Notes: a model not told the origin generated them from the sequence alone. DNA of 56,013 nt, filler included, from Bipalium vagum (GCA_037834085.1; 3 parts of 3 records of this genome joined end to end with filler, not necessarily neighbours in it); one strand, 5' to 3'. Numbered from the whole stretch's first letter, positions 24,630-39,235 are shown. Translations and numbers: made by a program.

Positions 24630-25480
24630 GAACAGAAATAAGTCGCAAGGTGACATATCTGGAGAGTATGGTACATACAAATTATAACATTTGTTGAAAC
24701 TCAAGGGTAATGGTTGCATTAAGGGAAAGGGCGTTGTTGTGGTATAAAATCCACGAATTGTCTACCCACAAATCTGTTTTTTTTTGACGAATCGCCTCAC
24801 TTAAACGATGTAATAATTTTTATTTACGGTACAGCCTTCTGTAAGAAACTCATGATGAACTACACCTCGAAAATTCATAAAAACTGCCAACAGAGTCTTG
24901 ATTTTTGATTGTTTGTCGAATTCTTTAAAGTCTTGATTCATCCGTAGTTCACTGAACTGTTGCTTTGTCAGTATATCAAACAGATAAACCCATGTCTCGT
25001 CACCAGTTATAAAACACTTGATGAATGTTGGGTCATTTCTACTTGCTCCGGCATCTCTTTAGCAATATCAACACGATGTTATTTTTGCAAGAACTGCAAC
25101 CATTTTGGTACCAGCGTAGCTGACAAACGTTTCAGGCCCAATAAATCACTTAAAATTACATTCACTAAACCTATGGATATGCTTACATAATCTGCAAGTT
25201 CTCTTATTGAGAAGTAACGATTTGTCATAACTTTGTCCTTAATTGTTTGCACATTTCCTTTTGTTATCGATGTTGATAAACGACTAGCTTGCCTAATCTT
25301 CTATGGATTCACGACTTCCAAAAAACTTACACCCTTTGAATATTTTTTTCAAAATATCAAAATGAAATTCAGCAAAAATATAGGTGAATGTTGTGGCATT
25401 ATATAAATAATAGTTTTTTTGGACATTGACAATTGTCTGAGGTTCCCGTTTATAAGGTACCCTAATTTTTGAACATAGTA
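24630..25480 (-). mobile_element. Decayed mariner transposase
   Basis: RLSATLVPK (WVPK motif), TTDE, PYSPDMSPCD on the minus strand. Boundaries approximate. Confidence 0.7.
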
Positions 25481-27449
25481 GTAGAAAAGTGTGTAAAATT
25501 GAATGGTTGCTATTTTAATAATAAAATTTTGTTACTTGTGTTTTATCGTTTTCAAGATAAATGTCGAAATCGACAATTCCTTTTGCACGAACCAAATAGT
25601 TTGTCCTGTTTATATGAAATAACCTCTCTTTGAAGAACTTGGTGAACCAAAGACTCTAATATATTTACTTGGAAAATAATTCTAGTAATTTTAGTATATT
25701 CATTAAAAATAAAGCCGAATGCTTACACCAGATTAATCTTCATAAAAATTGTGTTGAATAAAATGTAACACTTCATTAATAGAAAATTTTTAATGTCCTT
25801 TCCGATTTTTATCATTTTATAAAGAAAATAAGGAGGTCAATGTCATATTTCTAGTAATAACCAAAGACTCTTATTAAAATGTTTGAAAATATAATGATTG
25901 CAATGCCCAACTTGTAAGAATTAATCTGAAGAAAGCTTTATCAATTATTAATGAACTTTTGAATGATAAAATGTTCATTGCGAGTCTTGAAATACAGAAG
26001 AGAGTCTATTTTCAGCACGTTTTTGGTAAATAGTAATAATATATTTGTCAGTGGACAATTGTGCGTTACCCTTCTATTTTCTCTGTACCCCACGAATTTG
26101 GTAATATGAGTGTCTTAAGCATTCACAAACTCTTAATTCTCAATAATCTAAATTATTAATGAAATGTGTGTTTATATCCTAGTGCAAGTGTTATATTTGT
26201 GCTCAATAAACATAATAAAATTATTTTAAGTAATCAATTATTTTACTTGTTCTGGAAAAAGTCTTTTATTTCAACAAAAGTTTAGGGAAATTAAAAAAAT
26301 ATTTGTTTGATTTTATTTAGCCTTTAAAAAATATTTTTAGTTCTGGAATTTTTCTATCACGACGTTTCTTAATATTCGTTAAATAATCTTTTACAATGAA
26401 TACCGAAAACCTTTTCTACCATTTATTATAATTTTTAAAACTTCCTCTTTAAATTATACTTGTCTCTTGTGGCTAGACTGTTTAAAATTATATTTTATTT
26501 ATTTACGATATGAAGTATATATTATTGAAATTTCCATTTATAAATTATTGATAAATATTATACTTTTGAAAATATTTTAATTACACTGTGCTTTTTATTT
26601 TCATTATTATTTATTTATTAATAAATTATAAATTATAATTTAATTAATTGTAAATAATTTTTAGAAAATTTAAAAAACCTTATTCAATATATGAAAAAAT
26701 ACGAAGAATAATTCTGTAACTTGTTTATGTTAATGAGATCATATGTAATCTTATTTTTAATTTTAAAGAAATTTTTTTTAATTTCTCAAGACTGAATTTC
26801 TAATTAAAATTAAAAATATAAATTATGAATTTAAAACGTAACTTAAAAATTGATAGTAAATTATCAATTTTTTAGAAATAAGAGAGAAAAATTCCTTCTC
26901 AAGTCCTAATAAATAGATTTTTAAGAATTTTAATAAATAAAATAGAATATGATTTTCATTTATATATGAAAGATTGACTCATATTATATATGTAAAAGGA
27001 GTCTGTTATTAAAAAAGTTTTAATTGAGATTTTAACGAAAATATATACATATATAATGAAACCTAATATTATTTATTTGACAATTCTCGAAGTGAAGACA
27101 ATTATAAGTATGTAGAACTTTGACAAATTTATTATGTAATAAATTTGTTTACATCTTTTGTTTATTGTCCTCATTATCTTTGATTACTATTGTTCTTCCA
27201 TTCTATGCTATCTTATTATTACAGTTCATAAATTATCATTCTATATAAAAATTTTCCTTTTAATAAAATAAAATCAATCATCTTAGTTTCAGATGATTTC
27301 TTCAAGTCTTAATTGAAAAATAAAATATACCATTTAATTGTTTATAGGTTAATAAATCAAATGTGTAATATAATATTAAATGTATTATATGAGGTTTGTG
27401 AATGTGTTTCTGGATTCGGAATTTAAGACTTCACAATTTAGATATGCGT

Positions 27450-28045
27450 GACTATATGGTAGAGGAAATATTTTTTCAAACATTACCTTTTTTGCTAAAT
27501 TTCTGAAATAACAAATTGTGACCTCAAATGCAATTTTAAATGGGACTCTAAAAAGTTTCAAGAAGAACCTTTAGAAATTGGTTACAGAAAAATGATTATA
27601 AATAGAAAAAGAAAACACAAAACTTCTAGCTGACTCATACCCATAGAAAAGTAACAGCTCAACTGATATCGTCATGGATCCAAAAAATATTCTATGGGAA
27701 ACCACAGTGTTTGCAGACGAAAACAGTTTTCTTTGCACCATCCCAGTAATTGATAAATATATGGTTTAATAACAATGCATACCAAGTACCTTATATAATG
27801 ATTACATATGGTTCAAAGAGAATTAATTTCAATCGTGTAAAGCGTTAATGTCAAAGTGGGAGATTGGTGGTTTGGTAAATCATTATGTCAAATGACCTGA
27901 TCGCTTTAAAAATTCTGGAAGGCAAACACAATGTTTTTACATATATTTCTACAACCGAATTATTTTGTGTGCTAATAGTGAATTTAAATATTCAGCTCAA
28001 AATCTATGTGATACGAGATAATTGCAGTAGTCAAGTGGCCAAGAA
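27450..28045 (+). mobile_element. Degenerate Tc1-like transposase fragment
   Basis: WETTVFADENSF and RDNCSSQVAK resemble the Tc1 FSDES and QDNA.H motifs. Confidence 0.45.
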
Positions 28046-28056
28046 GTATTGTGGGT

Positions 28057-28609
28057 ACAAATAAATAATGCGGATTATTTTAATAACTGAAGCATGGTAA
28101 TTTCGGAACAAAAATAAAAAATAATTTATTCAAAATAATGGCCATTGTCTTTAATTTAATTGATGAGGCTTATTGCTTTCTGGGTAACACCTAATCTTAA
28201 AGCAAATTGATTTTTCGATTTTCATTCAATAAATTTTGTAAATCGTGGTTTTCAAATTTTGAATGGCAACCTGGTGTTCTTTAACCTTTAAATCATTACT
28301 CTGAAGCGGTGAAACCAACGGTGGTATGTGTCCTTTATACTACATGTTTTCATAAACATCGCATAATATCCTGCAGATTTTTTCATCATGAAGTAATCAA
28401 CGAGTACTTCCCGCAAGTGTTCTTTGCTTGGCGTAAATTTTGACATATTTAGATCTAAAAGTTTTGAAATTATTAACATATTATGAAAATTTAAATGATT
28501 ACCCTATTAATTAGACATTATTCAAACAAATTTATTTATATTTCAATTCATAATTATATTTCGATATCTCACTAAATATATTTTAAATAAATCCGCATTA
28601 TTTATTTGT
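28057..28609 (-). mobile_element. Internally deleted Mos1-like mariner (non-autonomous)
   Basis: Perfect 20-bp inverted repeat, 28057-28076 vs 28590-28609 (acaaataaataatgcggatt). Encloses only the N-terminal HTH, MSKFTPSKEHLREVL..F.MKKSA. Confidence 0.75.
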
Positions 28610-28949
28610 TTATTTATTTTTCAAAACTAAGACTTCGAAATAAATGAGTGGCCATCCAAATAACACGATATTAATTTGGAAAATATTTTGAAGATGCTGT
28701 CAGATATTATTTATTCATATAATCAAGTAAAAATGCAAAAGGTTTACAGAATGATTACTTCAAGCAGTAGACCAATTAAATTCTAAAAAACGAGAAATAT
28801 CAAGAAAATTATATATCATACTTTTAAAGAAAGACTTACAAAATATTACTAAATAGAGGGAATTTGTATAATTAATGAAACTCTGTAAATACATATCATG
28901 CAAATGTATATAATAAATAAATCACTTTTGCTTATTGGTGGATAGTAGC

Positions 28950-29350
28950 TTTAACGACAAAGATGGAAAGGGTTTTTATATCGTATTGTTACAGGGGACG
29001 AAAAAATGTAACATAGTAATCCGATGTGTTAAAGATCATGGGAACAGTGGACGCTTGCGTCTACATCAACGAGCAAACCAAATATATTATGAGCTTTTGC
29101 AACCGAACGAAACAATCCCGGGGGATCGGTATCGAGATCAATTGATACGATTAAGGGAAGCATTAAGGGATAAGGCACTATATCATGCCGACAGGCATGA
29201 TAAAGTTCTTTTGTAACATGACAATGATCGGCCGCATGTTTCAAATACGGTTAAAACATTCTTGGAAACATTCAAATGGGCATTTCTACCACACCCACCG
29301 TATTCGAATGATATTGCCCCTACAGAGTACCATCAGTTCCGTTTCATGCC
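28950..29350 (+). mobile_element. Mos1-like mariner catalytic-domain fragment
   Basis: IYYELLQPNETIPGDRYRDQLIRL...RHDKVLL*HDNDRPHV...LPHPPYSNDIAPTEYHQF. Confidence 0.85.
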
Positions 29351-31739
29351 ACTTCTACCATTTACGTTTTGTATACAATAAAATCTCTGTTGTTGTCGAA
29401 TTTCTTTGGAACCAAAATTTTTTTAGTTAAAACGGGGTTTAGTTAAAGCGAGGCTTGCGTTTGCTTAAGATTTTGAATCGTTGCCAAAGTCTCATCAGGT
29501 AGCTTACATTTATTTGATAAATCTCCACTCTATAGATAACAGTCCTCACACTAATGACTGCTATCAATCCTCTTGCTGATGGGCAAACCAGTTCTTGTGA
29601 ACGACATCGTTCGAAAAGACAGCTGCCCCAATAATGAAGAAACTCTTAAACGATCTTTACAGAAGTCGTATAAATAGAAATAACATTCATCGATATTCTT
29701 ATCTTCTACATAATCCTTTTAGTCCTTAAAATGTATAATAATAAGATAAATTTATAACAGATAAAAACATTTTTTATCAACACAAAATATAAATAAAATA
29801 AAATATCCTTCATACAAAAGTTTGAACTAATCAAGAATATGAGGAACTTACAAAAGATCGAATAATTTGTTTTGTAAATTTAATATCATTATTATTGTAA
29901 TAGTAAAAGGTAAAAGTTTAATTATTTTCTGGAATCAGAACCTGATTAAAATTAAATTCATTAATCCAGATTTCAATCACAATTAATTTATTAATTCCCA
30001 GATGAATCTTAGTAATATTTTAAATTTTCATTAGTAATTATTTATTAATTAATAACGTTTATGATTTTATTTCTAATATTTTCTACTATTTTATTATTTA
30101 ATATAAATTTTCAGCGATAGAAAAAGTTCAGGCAAAAATTTAGTTTTACTAATAAGAATTCACTTTAATTTATGACATGTTTCAAGTGAAGAAATTCGAA
30201 AAATCATTATTTATTAATTTAAAATAACAATTTTTTTTAATAAATAACAAATTTTAAAAATTTTGTTTTTTCAGTTCGATTTTTAAACTATTGATAATTT
30301 ATCTTCTAAGCCGTCACAATAAATAAAATAATAAGTCAAATTAAGATATCTTTATAAATTATTTTTATCAATTAATTACTTCATTTCTCAATTATCAAAT
30401 GACTCTTCAAAATAAATATCTAATTTCAAAGCAAACGAATTTTTTCTTCGAAAAATATAAAATTTTAAAAATATAAATAAATAAAATTAAATTTTAAAAT
30501 TTTTTGAAGAGTAATTGATACATTTAAACGAGAATGTTAAAATAAAAGTTTTGTGAAAATATTGACTTAAGTAATTTTATAACTGATTAGGTGAAATGAA
30601 AAATAAATAATATCGTTTAATACTATAACGATATAAACAAAAATAAATTATTGATTACAGAAAGAGATTTGTTTTTGTTGAAAATAAAAGCGTTTTATTT
30701 TTTTAAAAATTTTCATTAAGTATTACTTTCATAGAGTTCATTTAGAACATTAAATAATTATATTAAAATAAAAAAATTAGAATAATTTTAATCTTATATA
30801 ATAAAAATAATATTTCTATTATAATATTTCTATAAATATATAAAGATAATTTCTGTAAATAATATCAATACTCAGATTACATGAAGTACTGAAAATTTTA
30901 AATTCTAAGAATAGTTTTTCTTCAATCAATAATAAAATATTATTTTATTATGTATATTCTTCGACTTTTCAATATATAAAAAAAATATATAAAGCCTTTT
31001 GATAAAAATCTGTTATTTAATAAAATATTATTAGTTTTTTTAATATTAAAAAAGAAAATCTGTTTAATTTCTACAAAACTGATTATTGTTTATTTCTTAT
31101 TTTTTATTTTTATTATTTTGTGAAGTAACGTTGCAAAAATTCTTTTTCCATTTCAATAAAGATTTTCTAGATTTAACTGAATTGAATCGCATTTCTTTAT
31201 CTAAAGGTTAATTATTTTTATTTTGCTTTTTATATAATAATGAAATAATAAAATTATTATTATCTTTTTTAAACAGCTTTTTTGAAATTGAAAATATTTT
31301 TCAATTAATATTTATTTTTGTTTTTCAAATAAAAATTATAAATAGAAGATTTTCGCTATGATATACTATTTGAAATTTTAATGAAATGTTTAATAAATTT
31401 GTGATAACTTATTATTTTAATAAAATTTTTAATTATTGTTGGTTTAGTAATTTATTTATGATTTATTAAAAATATTAAAATGGAAAATATAATAGAAAAT
31501 AATGTAATGTTTTACAATCAAATTTTTCTAAGACGAGTATGTCTCTCTGGCCATGCAAAGGGTATTTCAATAAACGTCTCAATATTATAATATTTTTTAC
31601 TGTAAATCAATAAAATCTATTAAATTCATATTTTCTGATTAGTTAAAAATATGACCAAAAAGATATATGTACTAAATTCAAGATTTTCACGGGTAATTAA
31701 TAAACAAAAAACAATTTTTATAATATCGCGTAATTAATA

Positions 31740-33029
31740 TCAGGTAAAGAAATATGGTTTTTGTTTTTCCAGTTGTTTAAAATTTTTAGCCCCTGGGATT
31801 CTTATTTATCTACCGATTTAAATTTTCTTTGTTTTAGTTTGCTGTTTAAACATTTGATTTTCAAATTTACTGTATAAATAATGTTTTTAACCATTATTCA
31901 CTGGAATAAATGCTCCAAAAGGTCGCTGGACAAATCAAAAATTCGAGCAATTATTTATTACGAATGGAAAAATAACACAAGAACAAATGAAACTGTCTCA
32001 AAACTTAACGAGGTGCTTGGTGAAGTAACAATGCAACTGTGAACAGTGCAAAATTGATTCAAAAAATTCAATAGTGGCGATTTTTCATTGGAAGACAAAG
32101 AGAGGTCCTGAAGGCCAAAAGAGGTGGAGGATTATCAAATTATGGACCTTCTTGAATAAAATAGATCAATTAGTGCTAAACAAATCGATTCTGAGTTAAA
32201 TATAAGCAATACTGCTATAAGAAACCGATTGAAAGCGTTAGCTTTCACTTGTAAACTCGACAAATGGGTTCCCCACCAAAAAGCTGGAAAAAAGGTTGAA
32301 TCGCATCGAAATTTGTTCGAGACTTCTCGAAAGAAACCGAAATGATCCTTTTCTCGACTTGATAGTCACTTGCGATGAAAAGTTGATCTATCATGACAAC
32401 AGAAATAGACGAAAATCGTGATCGTTGAAAGGAAAAATTGAAAAATGCAATCTTACACGAAACAAGGTTCTTTTATGCATTTGGTGGGATTCTCGTAGAA
32501 TTATTTACTAGGTGTTTCTCAAATCCGGGAAACCATTAATTCTGATGTATATTGTGACATGTTAAGAAAAGTTCATGCCATTATGAATGAAAATCTGAGC
32601 AGTTCGATAAACCAAAAACAAGTGATTTTCCACAAAGATAATGCCAAGCCTCACAGATCAATGAACACATTGAAGGTTATTCAGGAATTAAACTGGACTC
32701 TAATGGAACATCAGCCATATAGTCCCAATATCGTATCATTCGATTTTTATTTGTTCCGTGTATTACAGAATCACTCGGTGGTTAAAAATTTTAAGAGTTC
32801 CGAAGGTATAAAGAATAAAGTACTTTCTTTCATTCATTCAAAAGATCGAGATTTCTTTAATACTGAGATAAATGAACTTCTAAATATATGGAAGGCAGTA
32901 AAAGAAAAAGAACGCAAATATCTGGACGATTAATTGTTTATTAATGTTTTATGATTAATAAATGAAATTTAACTTCAGTCTTAGTTTAGTTTTCAATTAA
33001 AAAACGAGAAAACTTAGTTTTTTACCTGA
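31740..33029 (+). mobile_element. Near full-length (1290 bp) DD34D mariner with pseudogenised transposase
   Basis: TA-flanked TIRs tcaggtaaa.../...tttacctga. Motifs KLDKWVPH, VTCDEK, HKDNAKPH-(34 aa)-YSPNIVSFDFYLF. Several in-frame stops and frameshifts. Confidence 0.92.
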
Positions 33030-33599
33030 TAAATAATTAATACCACAAAATAATGACTTTTTATTATTTGTTATTTTTTGTGTTTAACGTGAAAATATTT
33101 TATCAATATATTGAATTTGAAATAATACATTAATAAACTTTTTTCAAAAATCATTATCCACATGGTGTCACCAGTTCTCTTACATTGACAATGGTGGAAA
33201 AAGTATCAAGGAAGACTTGTTTATTCAGTTCTTTTATAATGTCAATTAAGACAATGAGAATATATAATAGAGCATTTCATTAATTTATAATTTTATTCTG
33301 CTCAGTCTATAAAGATATACCACTCAACCTACAATTCAACAAAATTAATAATTTATATTTAAATAATTTTAATTATGTCAAACGTAATTAGTGTTGTCTA
33401 TAATAATTCTTAAAACATATTCATCATTTTTTGAATATCGGAAAGGGATTAGGAAATCCAAGTACAGATACAAAGTAGGATAGATGGGCCTTTTATTTAT
33501 TACTCTTTCCATCAAAATGTTAATTATATTAGAAATAAAATGTCCAAATAAATTTCAGTGAAAAACTTTTTAAAAATATTTATAAATATTTTACAAAAA

Positions 33600-33600
<1 letters not shown>

Positions 33601-33645
<45 letters not shown>
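33601..33645. repeat. (TTA)n microsatellite
   Basis: About 15 units. Confidence 0.9.
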
Positions 33646-33646
<1 letters not shown>

Positions 33647-33919
33647 GAGTTTATTAATTTTTTCAAGCGATGTTCTAATTAAAATTATTTCAGTTCCCAT
33701 CGACTATTAAATGTAATATTTATTCAGATTTTTAAGTTGAGGTTTTTACATTGAAGAATTTAATTTTTATTATCTTGAATGAATTTTCTTTAAATTTGTT
33801 GTGACTTTTATTTTCATTCGTCTTTGATAACAAATTTTAAGATCGGCTTAAATACAGTGCGACAAAAATTTGTTCTCACATTCTTAAAATGTTTATAAAT
33901 TTAATTATATTTTTTTAGT

Positions 33920-34293
33920 TTTAAAGGTTAAACAATAAATTCCGATGTATATTGTAAAATTCTTGTTCGTTTGAGAGATGCATTAATTGTGAAACGTTCT
34001 TCATTGATCACCAGAAAAATATTTTTCATCACAAATTTCCACACACTGTCTTCAAATTACTATTTGTGCCGATCTTTACAAAATTTTATTTGTGGAAAAC
34101 GTTTGACAGAATTCATGATATTGAAATTGCCCTAATTCATTTCATTAATAAAAAGTTCAGTTTGATCAAACGTTGGGAAAAAGTTGTAGAAAACACGGAA
34201 AATGTATATACTTGATTGACTTCGTTTTTGTTATTCATATAAATAAATAAAAATTTTCTAAAAAAAACGAACTTTCAATTTGAAAACCCTAAT
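33920..34293 (+). mobile_element. Mariner 3' fragment
   Basis: TINSDVYCKILVRLRDAL..KRSSLI and KRWEKVVEN; ends in TIR-like aaccctaa-TA. Confidence 0.65.
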
Positions 34294-35182
34294 ATATAAT
34301 TTATTAGCTTTAACAATAAATAATAACATTTTTAATATTCATTATCTGACTTACACTGAAATCACTGTAAAAAGTGCTGATACCTCTCTTTTTCAATAGA
34401 CAACTTCAAATCTGAATATTTTTTAATCATCATCATTATTTTCTATTTTATAATTTTATGAAGATTTACATCTTTCAGTTTCCATTATATTCAAACATTT
34501 TTGCATTATTTTGTACGTAACTCTATTTATTGATCAATATTTTCTCATTAGATTCATGAAAAAAAATAATATATAATTTTTTTAATTTGTAAATTATAAT
34601 ATAAAATATATTTTAAAAATATAATACATTTTTGGAAAATAAATATTTTAACTGAATTTTCAGCAAATCTAAATTTCGGAAATTTGTAAAATAACAGTCT
34701 AAATAAAAATATATAAATTATTTAAAATATTTCAATTCATATATATGTGATAAACACCACATTCCATAGAAAAATAAAGGAATCATCTTTCAGGATTTCA
34801 TTTTTTATTTATTATTTTAACTCAGTTATTTTGTAATGTTCAAATGAAAAAACATTTCTATTAATAGGATAAAATAATAATATTATAATTTTATAATTTG
34901 GTGGATTAGTAAATAAAAATGATATCATTGCTTCATAATAATTTGTACGAATAATTCCAATATTATTAAATATGTAATAAATATATATAATAAACGAATT
35001 TTTTTCTGAAACCAGTTATTTTCTCCGAGAATAACCGAGTGGTAATTATAAATAAAAATCCAGACATCTTGTGTTTGAATATAGATTTAGACTGGGAGAA
35101 ATAATTAAAAAAATACTCAGGACACAAATTATTAATTATTTACTGATATTATATTTTATCCATAATTAAAATCATTAAAGTA

Positions 35183-35215
35183 TTAATTTGGTGCAAAAGA
35201 AAATTTCGGTTTTTG
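35183..35215 (+). repeat. Isolated mariner TIR, Hsmar1/Made1-like
   Basis: TA-ttaatttggtgcaaaagaaaatttcggtttttg resembles TTAGGTTGGTGCAAAAGTAATTGCGGTTTTTG. Confidence 0.4.
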
Positions 35216-36009
35216 ACCTCTAATTTAATTTGATAAAACACAAATTTTAATTAATGAAATAAGTATATATATTATATAATATCAATTTTTTATTCTCATA
35301 TAATAAAATATGTGCATTTTGAAAATTTATTAGAGAGTTTTAATACTACCCTGGTTATCGAAAATTGTTCACAGAAATAAATTAGTTATTGGCTGAAAAG
35401 TGAGAGTCTATAAATGATATTGTGAGAGGAGACCTCATCCCATTTCATACAACTTCAGTAACCACATTTTATAGATGTATAGTTTTCTGTCATGTTAGAG
35501 AAAGAATTTTCATTTTCTGTTGACCAATACTATACTTAAACGTTGAAATCTCTGCTTCATTTCGTTGATTGTTTTCTCCGTTTTTTTCTATTTTGTTTCA
35601 GTATATTAAATTATCACAAATATCTTCTTTTCGATTAATTTTTGTTCTGGGTAGTTCCTGTCAAGATCCTTACATTATTCATTTCTGATCAAGCGAAGAA
35701 AAATCGATTCCTTTTGAGTAGAAAAAGATGCGATTTTTCCAAATTTCATTTGGATTATTCTAGAAATCAAGATAAACCCATTTTTTAATTCTCTCTACGA
35801 GTATTTAACTCATATTAAGTCATATAATAATTAGAACATCTTAATGTCGTTTTTTACTGAAAATTTTAAACAAAAAAAATTGGCACAGAATAAGTTTATT
35901 AATTAATTAGGTAGACAGCACTGTTTACCACAATTTCAAACCATTTACAAAGTAATTGCATAATGTTGCATAATAAATTTTAATGTGTTGGAATCTAAAA
36001 TTTCTGAGA

Positions 36010-36306
36010 TAACATTGTACAATGCTTACAGTTTCATTAAAAAGTACTCCACCCCACACTTCGATTTTACCGAAAGATGTGATGTTTTACCTCACCTGGC
36101 ATACTCACCGGATATCCTACAAAATGATTACCAACTTTTTCACTAATTACAGCGTGGCTTATTTGAACAGCACTTCAACAATCATTATGATCTCGAGAGA
36201 TAATTTGACTGTGTGAATTACAAAGAAAATTTTTTATCGTGAAATTCACTTGTTAACAGAAAGGTTGGAAAATGTTGTTAACAATGATGAACGCTATTTT
36301 AAATGA
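36010..36306 (+). mobile_element. Mariner 3' fragment
   Basis: LPHLAYSPDILQNDYQLF and ERLENVVNNDERYF. Confidence 0.7.
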
Positions 36307-38225
36307 AATTTCATATAAAAATAAATGCATATGGACTTTTATTAAAATTTATTATTATTAACAAACAGCGAAAATTAATAAAACTAATAAATAAGAATAC
36401 AAATAATAAAGATAAAAACAATAATAATAATACATGATAATAACTATTTTATGACCATGAATTTGGTTTGGCACAATGAAGGCTATTAATGGAAAATATT
36501 CATATATTAAATCATTAAATCATCGTTTTATAAAAGATTATTTTAATATTGCAAATTATATGAGAAAAATTCTTTATTTTAAAAACTCACACACTTAAAT
36601 ATGATATGAAAAGAGGTATGCTACGAATTAAAAAGTCAAATATTTTTATAATTTCATATACCAGTATTATATTTTACATACAATTACTAATATATATAAT
36701 TATATTATATTATCATTATGTAGAATATATACATATATATGAAAGACTGTAAATAGCATAAAACTTAAGTGAAATATATTTATATCTATCCACATAATTA
36801 AATGTCGAGCAAATTAAGAGAAATTTCTAAATGAGAACGAATTATATTTCTATTAAAGTTTGGGTGCATCACAAGGAAAAGAAAAGAAAATATCAAAGAA
36901 GTTAGATTAAGAGTGAAATTTATATAAATAGCTAAATTTGTTCAATTGAAATACAAAATTGGGTATAATTATCTATGTTACCTTAAAATGACAAATTTAG
37001 TGTATATATAAAAAAATATTTGTTAAATAAAGTAATAGTTTTTATTACGTATATTATATTATATATAATGAGTCACAATTCGAACATTTAAATAAAGTCT
37101 TATTATTGGTAGTAATTTTATTTTATATTTCACAGAATATAATTAAGTAAATAAATATTTAATGTTTCTTGAAATGCTTAAAATTCAGAATATATTTCAA
37201 GAATAAATTTCGAATAAAAGTAGTGAACTAATTTAGTAAATGGTTTCTTCAAAAAAATTATTCATAATAAATAATATTGTTTCAATTTTTAATGTAAGGC
37301 TTACTTAATTGTAATATCCGTCCTATTACTATTATCTGAAAAAAGTATTTAAAAAAATAAAAGAATCTATTAATCCTAATTGTTATTTAGTAAAAAAATG
37401 ACAAATGTTGCAGTCTACAGAGAGGTGTGCTAAAGTAAACAAGAGTACTGAAATTAAGCATATTTTGTCATGAGTATTCGTTTTTAAATCTTTGTAAGCT
37501 ATGTTCAAAATATTATTATATTTCATATTGTTAATAAAATCAGTTTTTAATTATAAGCAATTATTGTAATTTAATGGTATTAATATTAATAATATATACG
37601 TATAACAATTTTAAAAAAATATTCAAAGATGTTTAAGTTCTTTAAATAGTAAAAGTATATAGACTTTTTCTTCAATGAATTCAACTGACGCCTAAAACAG
37701 TGACAACCGAACAATAATGACATGAAACTAATGCTAGAACCCATATATTGAGGGATTTATAGGGATACACATAAAAGACAGCGTAAAATACATCGAGTGT
37801 ATTGCTACGAAGAAATTCTAATGTTTCTGAAGTGTTTCCTATATATTTTAACACTTTTTAAAATAGCAGTTGTTTAAATGGACTAAAACCATAACGATTC
37901 TTAAATTTTAAAATATATATTAATCATTTGTTTCCCTTTGAAAGTAGAAATTACATCAATTTTCTAACATAGTTTAATGTTTTCTTTAAAAATCAATTGT
38001 AATTGTACATATAGATAACGATAGAACACAAAGATAATAAATTTTACAATACGAATTTCTACATTTTAATTTTTATAAAATTTAGCTAAAAAATATTTTA
38101 TTCGGATATAATTAAAGCAAGTAAAGTTAAATTAATATTTTAAAATTCCTGTTAATATAACTTAGTTAAAAAGCCAATTTTTTTAATTAGTTCATTTTTG
38201 TTTTTTGTCTAAGTTGGAATTTTAA

Positions 38226-38325
38226 NNNNNNNNNNNNNNNNNNNNNNNNNNNNNNNNNNNNNNNNNNNNTTAATTAATTAANNNNNNNNNNNNNNNNNNN
38301 NNNNNNNNNNNNNNNNNNNNNNNNN
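38226..38325. other. Artificial scaffold join (44N-TTAATTAATTAA-44N)
   Basis: Same construct as 17632-17731. Confidence 0.95.
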
Positions 38326-38904
38326 TTGTTCATATAATTTATCTAAAAAATAAAATTTGAAAATTATTTAAATTACAAAAAGTTATGATCATTTTTAGGT
38401 AGTAAGTAACTTTTGGCGCACCCTGTATATTCTGCATGCACCACAGAAAATATTGTTCGATAAATAATTTTTCCTTTTATTCAAAATTACATTGATAGGT
38501 TGAAGATAGAACAAAGCAAGTTATAAAAATAAAAATCAATAAAATAAAGAGGGAGACATCAATCAATACAGTAAACGCGATATGATTCTTTTAATCTAAT
38601 AACCCTCAAAAAGCAATTAAAGATATATATAATAGGAATTTAATTATTTTCTAAGCAAAGAATCATACACTATATAATTTTAATACGCAATAAAACTGAT
38701 TGTGTAACAAAACGTATAACATACTTGTAAACTGAATTTAAATTTGGATAGTCGTTCTTGTCTTCTTTCAAATGTTTCTAAAAAGAAATTAAATCAAAAA
38801 TACATCAGTATCTATAAAAAAAATTTTTAATCAAGATTAAAATTTATAATCTTGAAATTTGAACTTGATCATTTCAAACCTAAATAATATACATAAAATG
38901 ATAC

Positions 38905-39024
38905 CTTTTGTACTAGTGGTATTAATTGCTCTGGTAAAACCTCGGGAGTAAAGAAAATTGCCTGTGATTCTCCGTTGGCATTTGGTATTGTAAAAAATAT
39001 TTGATGATTATCATCAAAAGACAT
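38905..39024 (-). CDS. Probable first coding exon of an unidentified gene (MSFDDNHQIFFTIPNANGESQAIFFTPEVLPEQLIPLVQK)
   Basis: AAAATG start 16 nt after a tttag acceptor (39041-2); AAG|gtatc donor; upstream GTAAGT donor at 39157; GC-richer than its flanks. No downstream exon found. Confidence 0.5.
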
Positions 39025-39179
39025 TTTAAAATTTGAATATCTAAAGTTTGTAAAAATAAAAATGATATCATATATATCATTTTTAATTATAATTATTAAT
39101 AATAATTTATAATTATAAAATATTACATTTATAATTAGCATGCATCTCACAACTTACATGTACAAAAATTAACCACTCT

Positions 39180-39235
39180 TATTCAAGATGGCTGTCACGT
39201 CATACAAATTTGAATACGTCAATTTGGCGTCATAA
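39180..39235. promoter_or_regulatory. Candidate promoter of the 39-kb orphan gene
   Basis: Cluster of CpG-containing CRE half-sites (cacgtca, tacgtca, ggcgtca) and a YY1-like caagatggc in CpG-poor DNA, just upstream of the 39157 donor. Confidence 0.3.
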
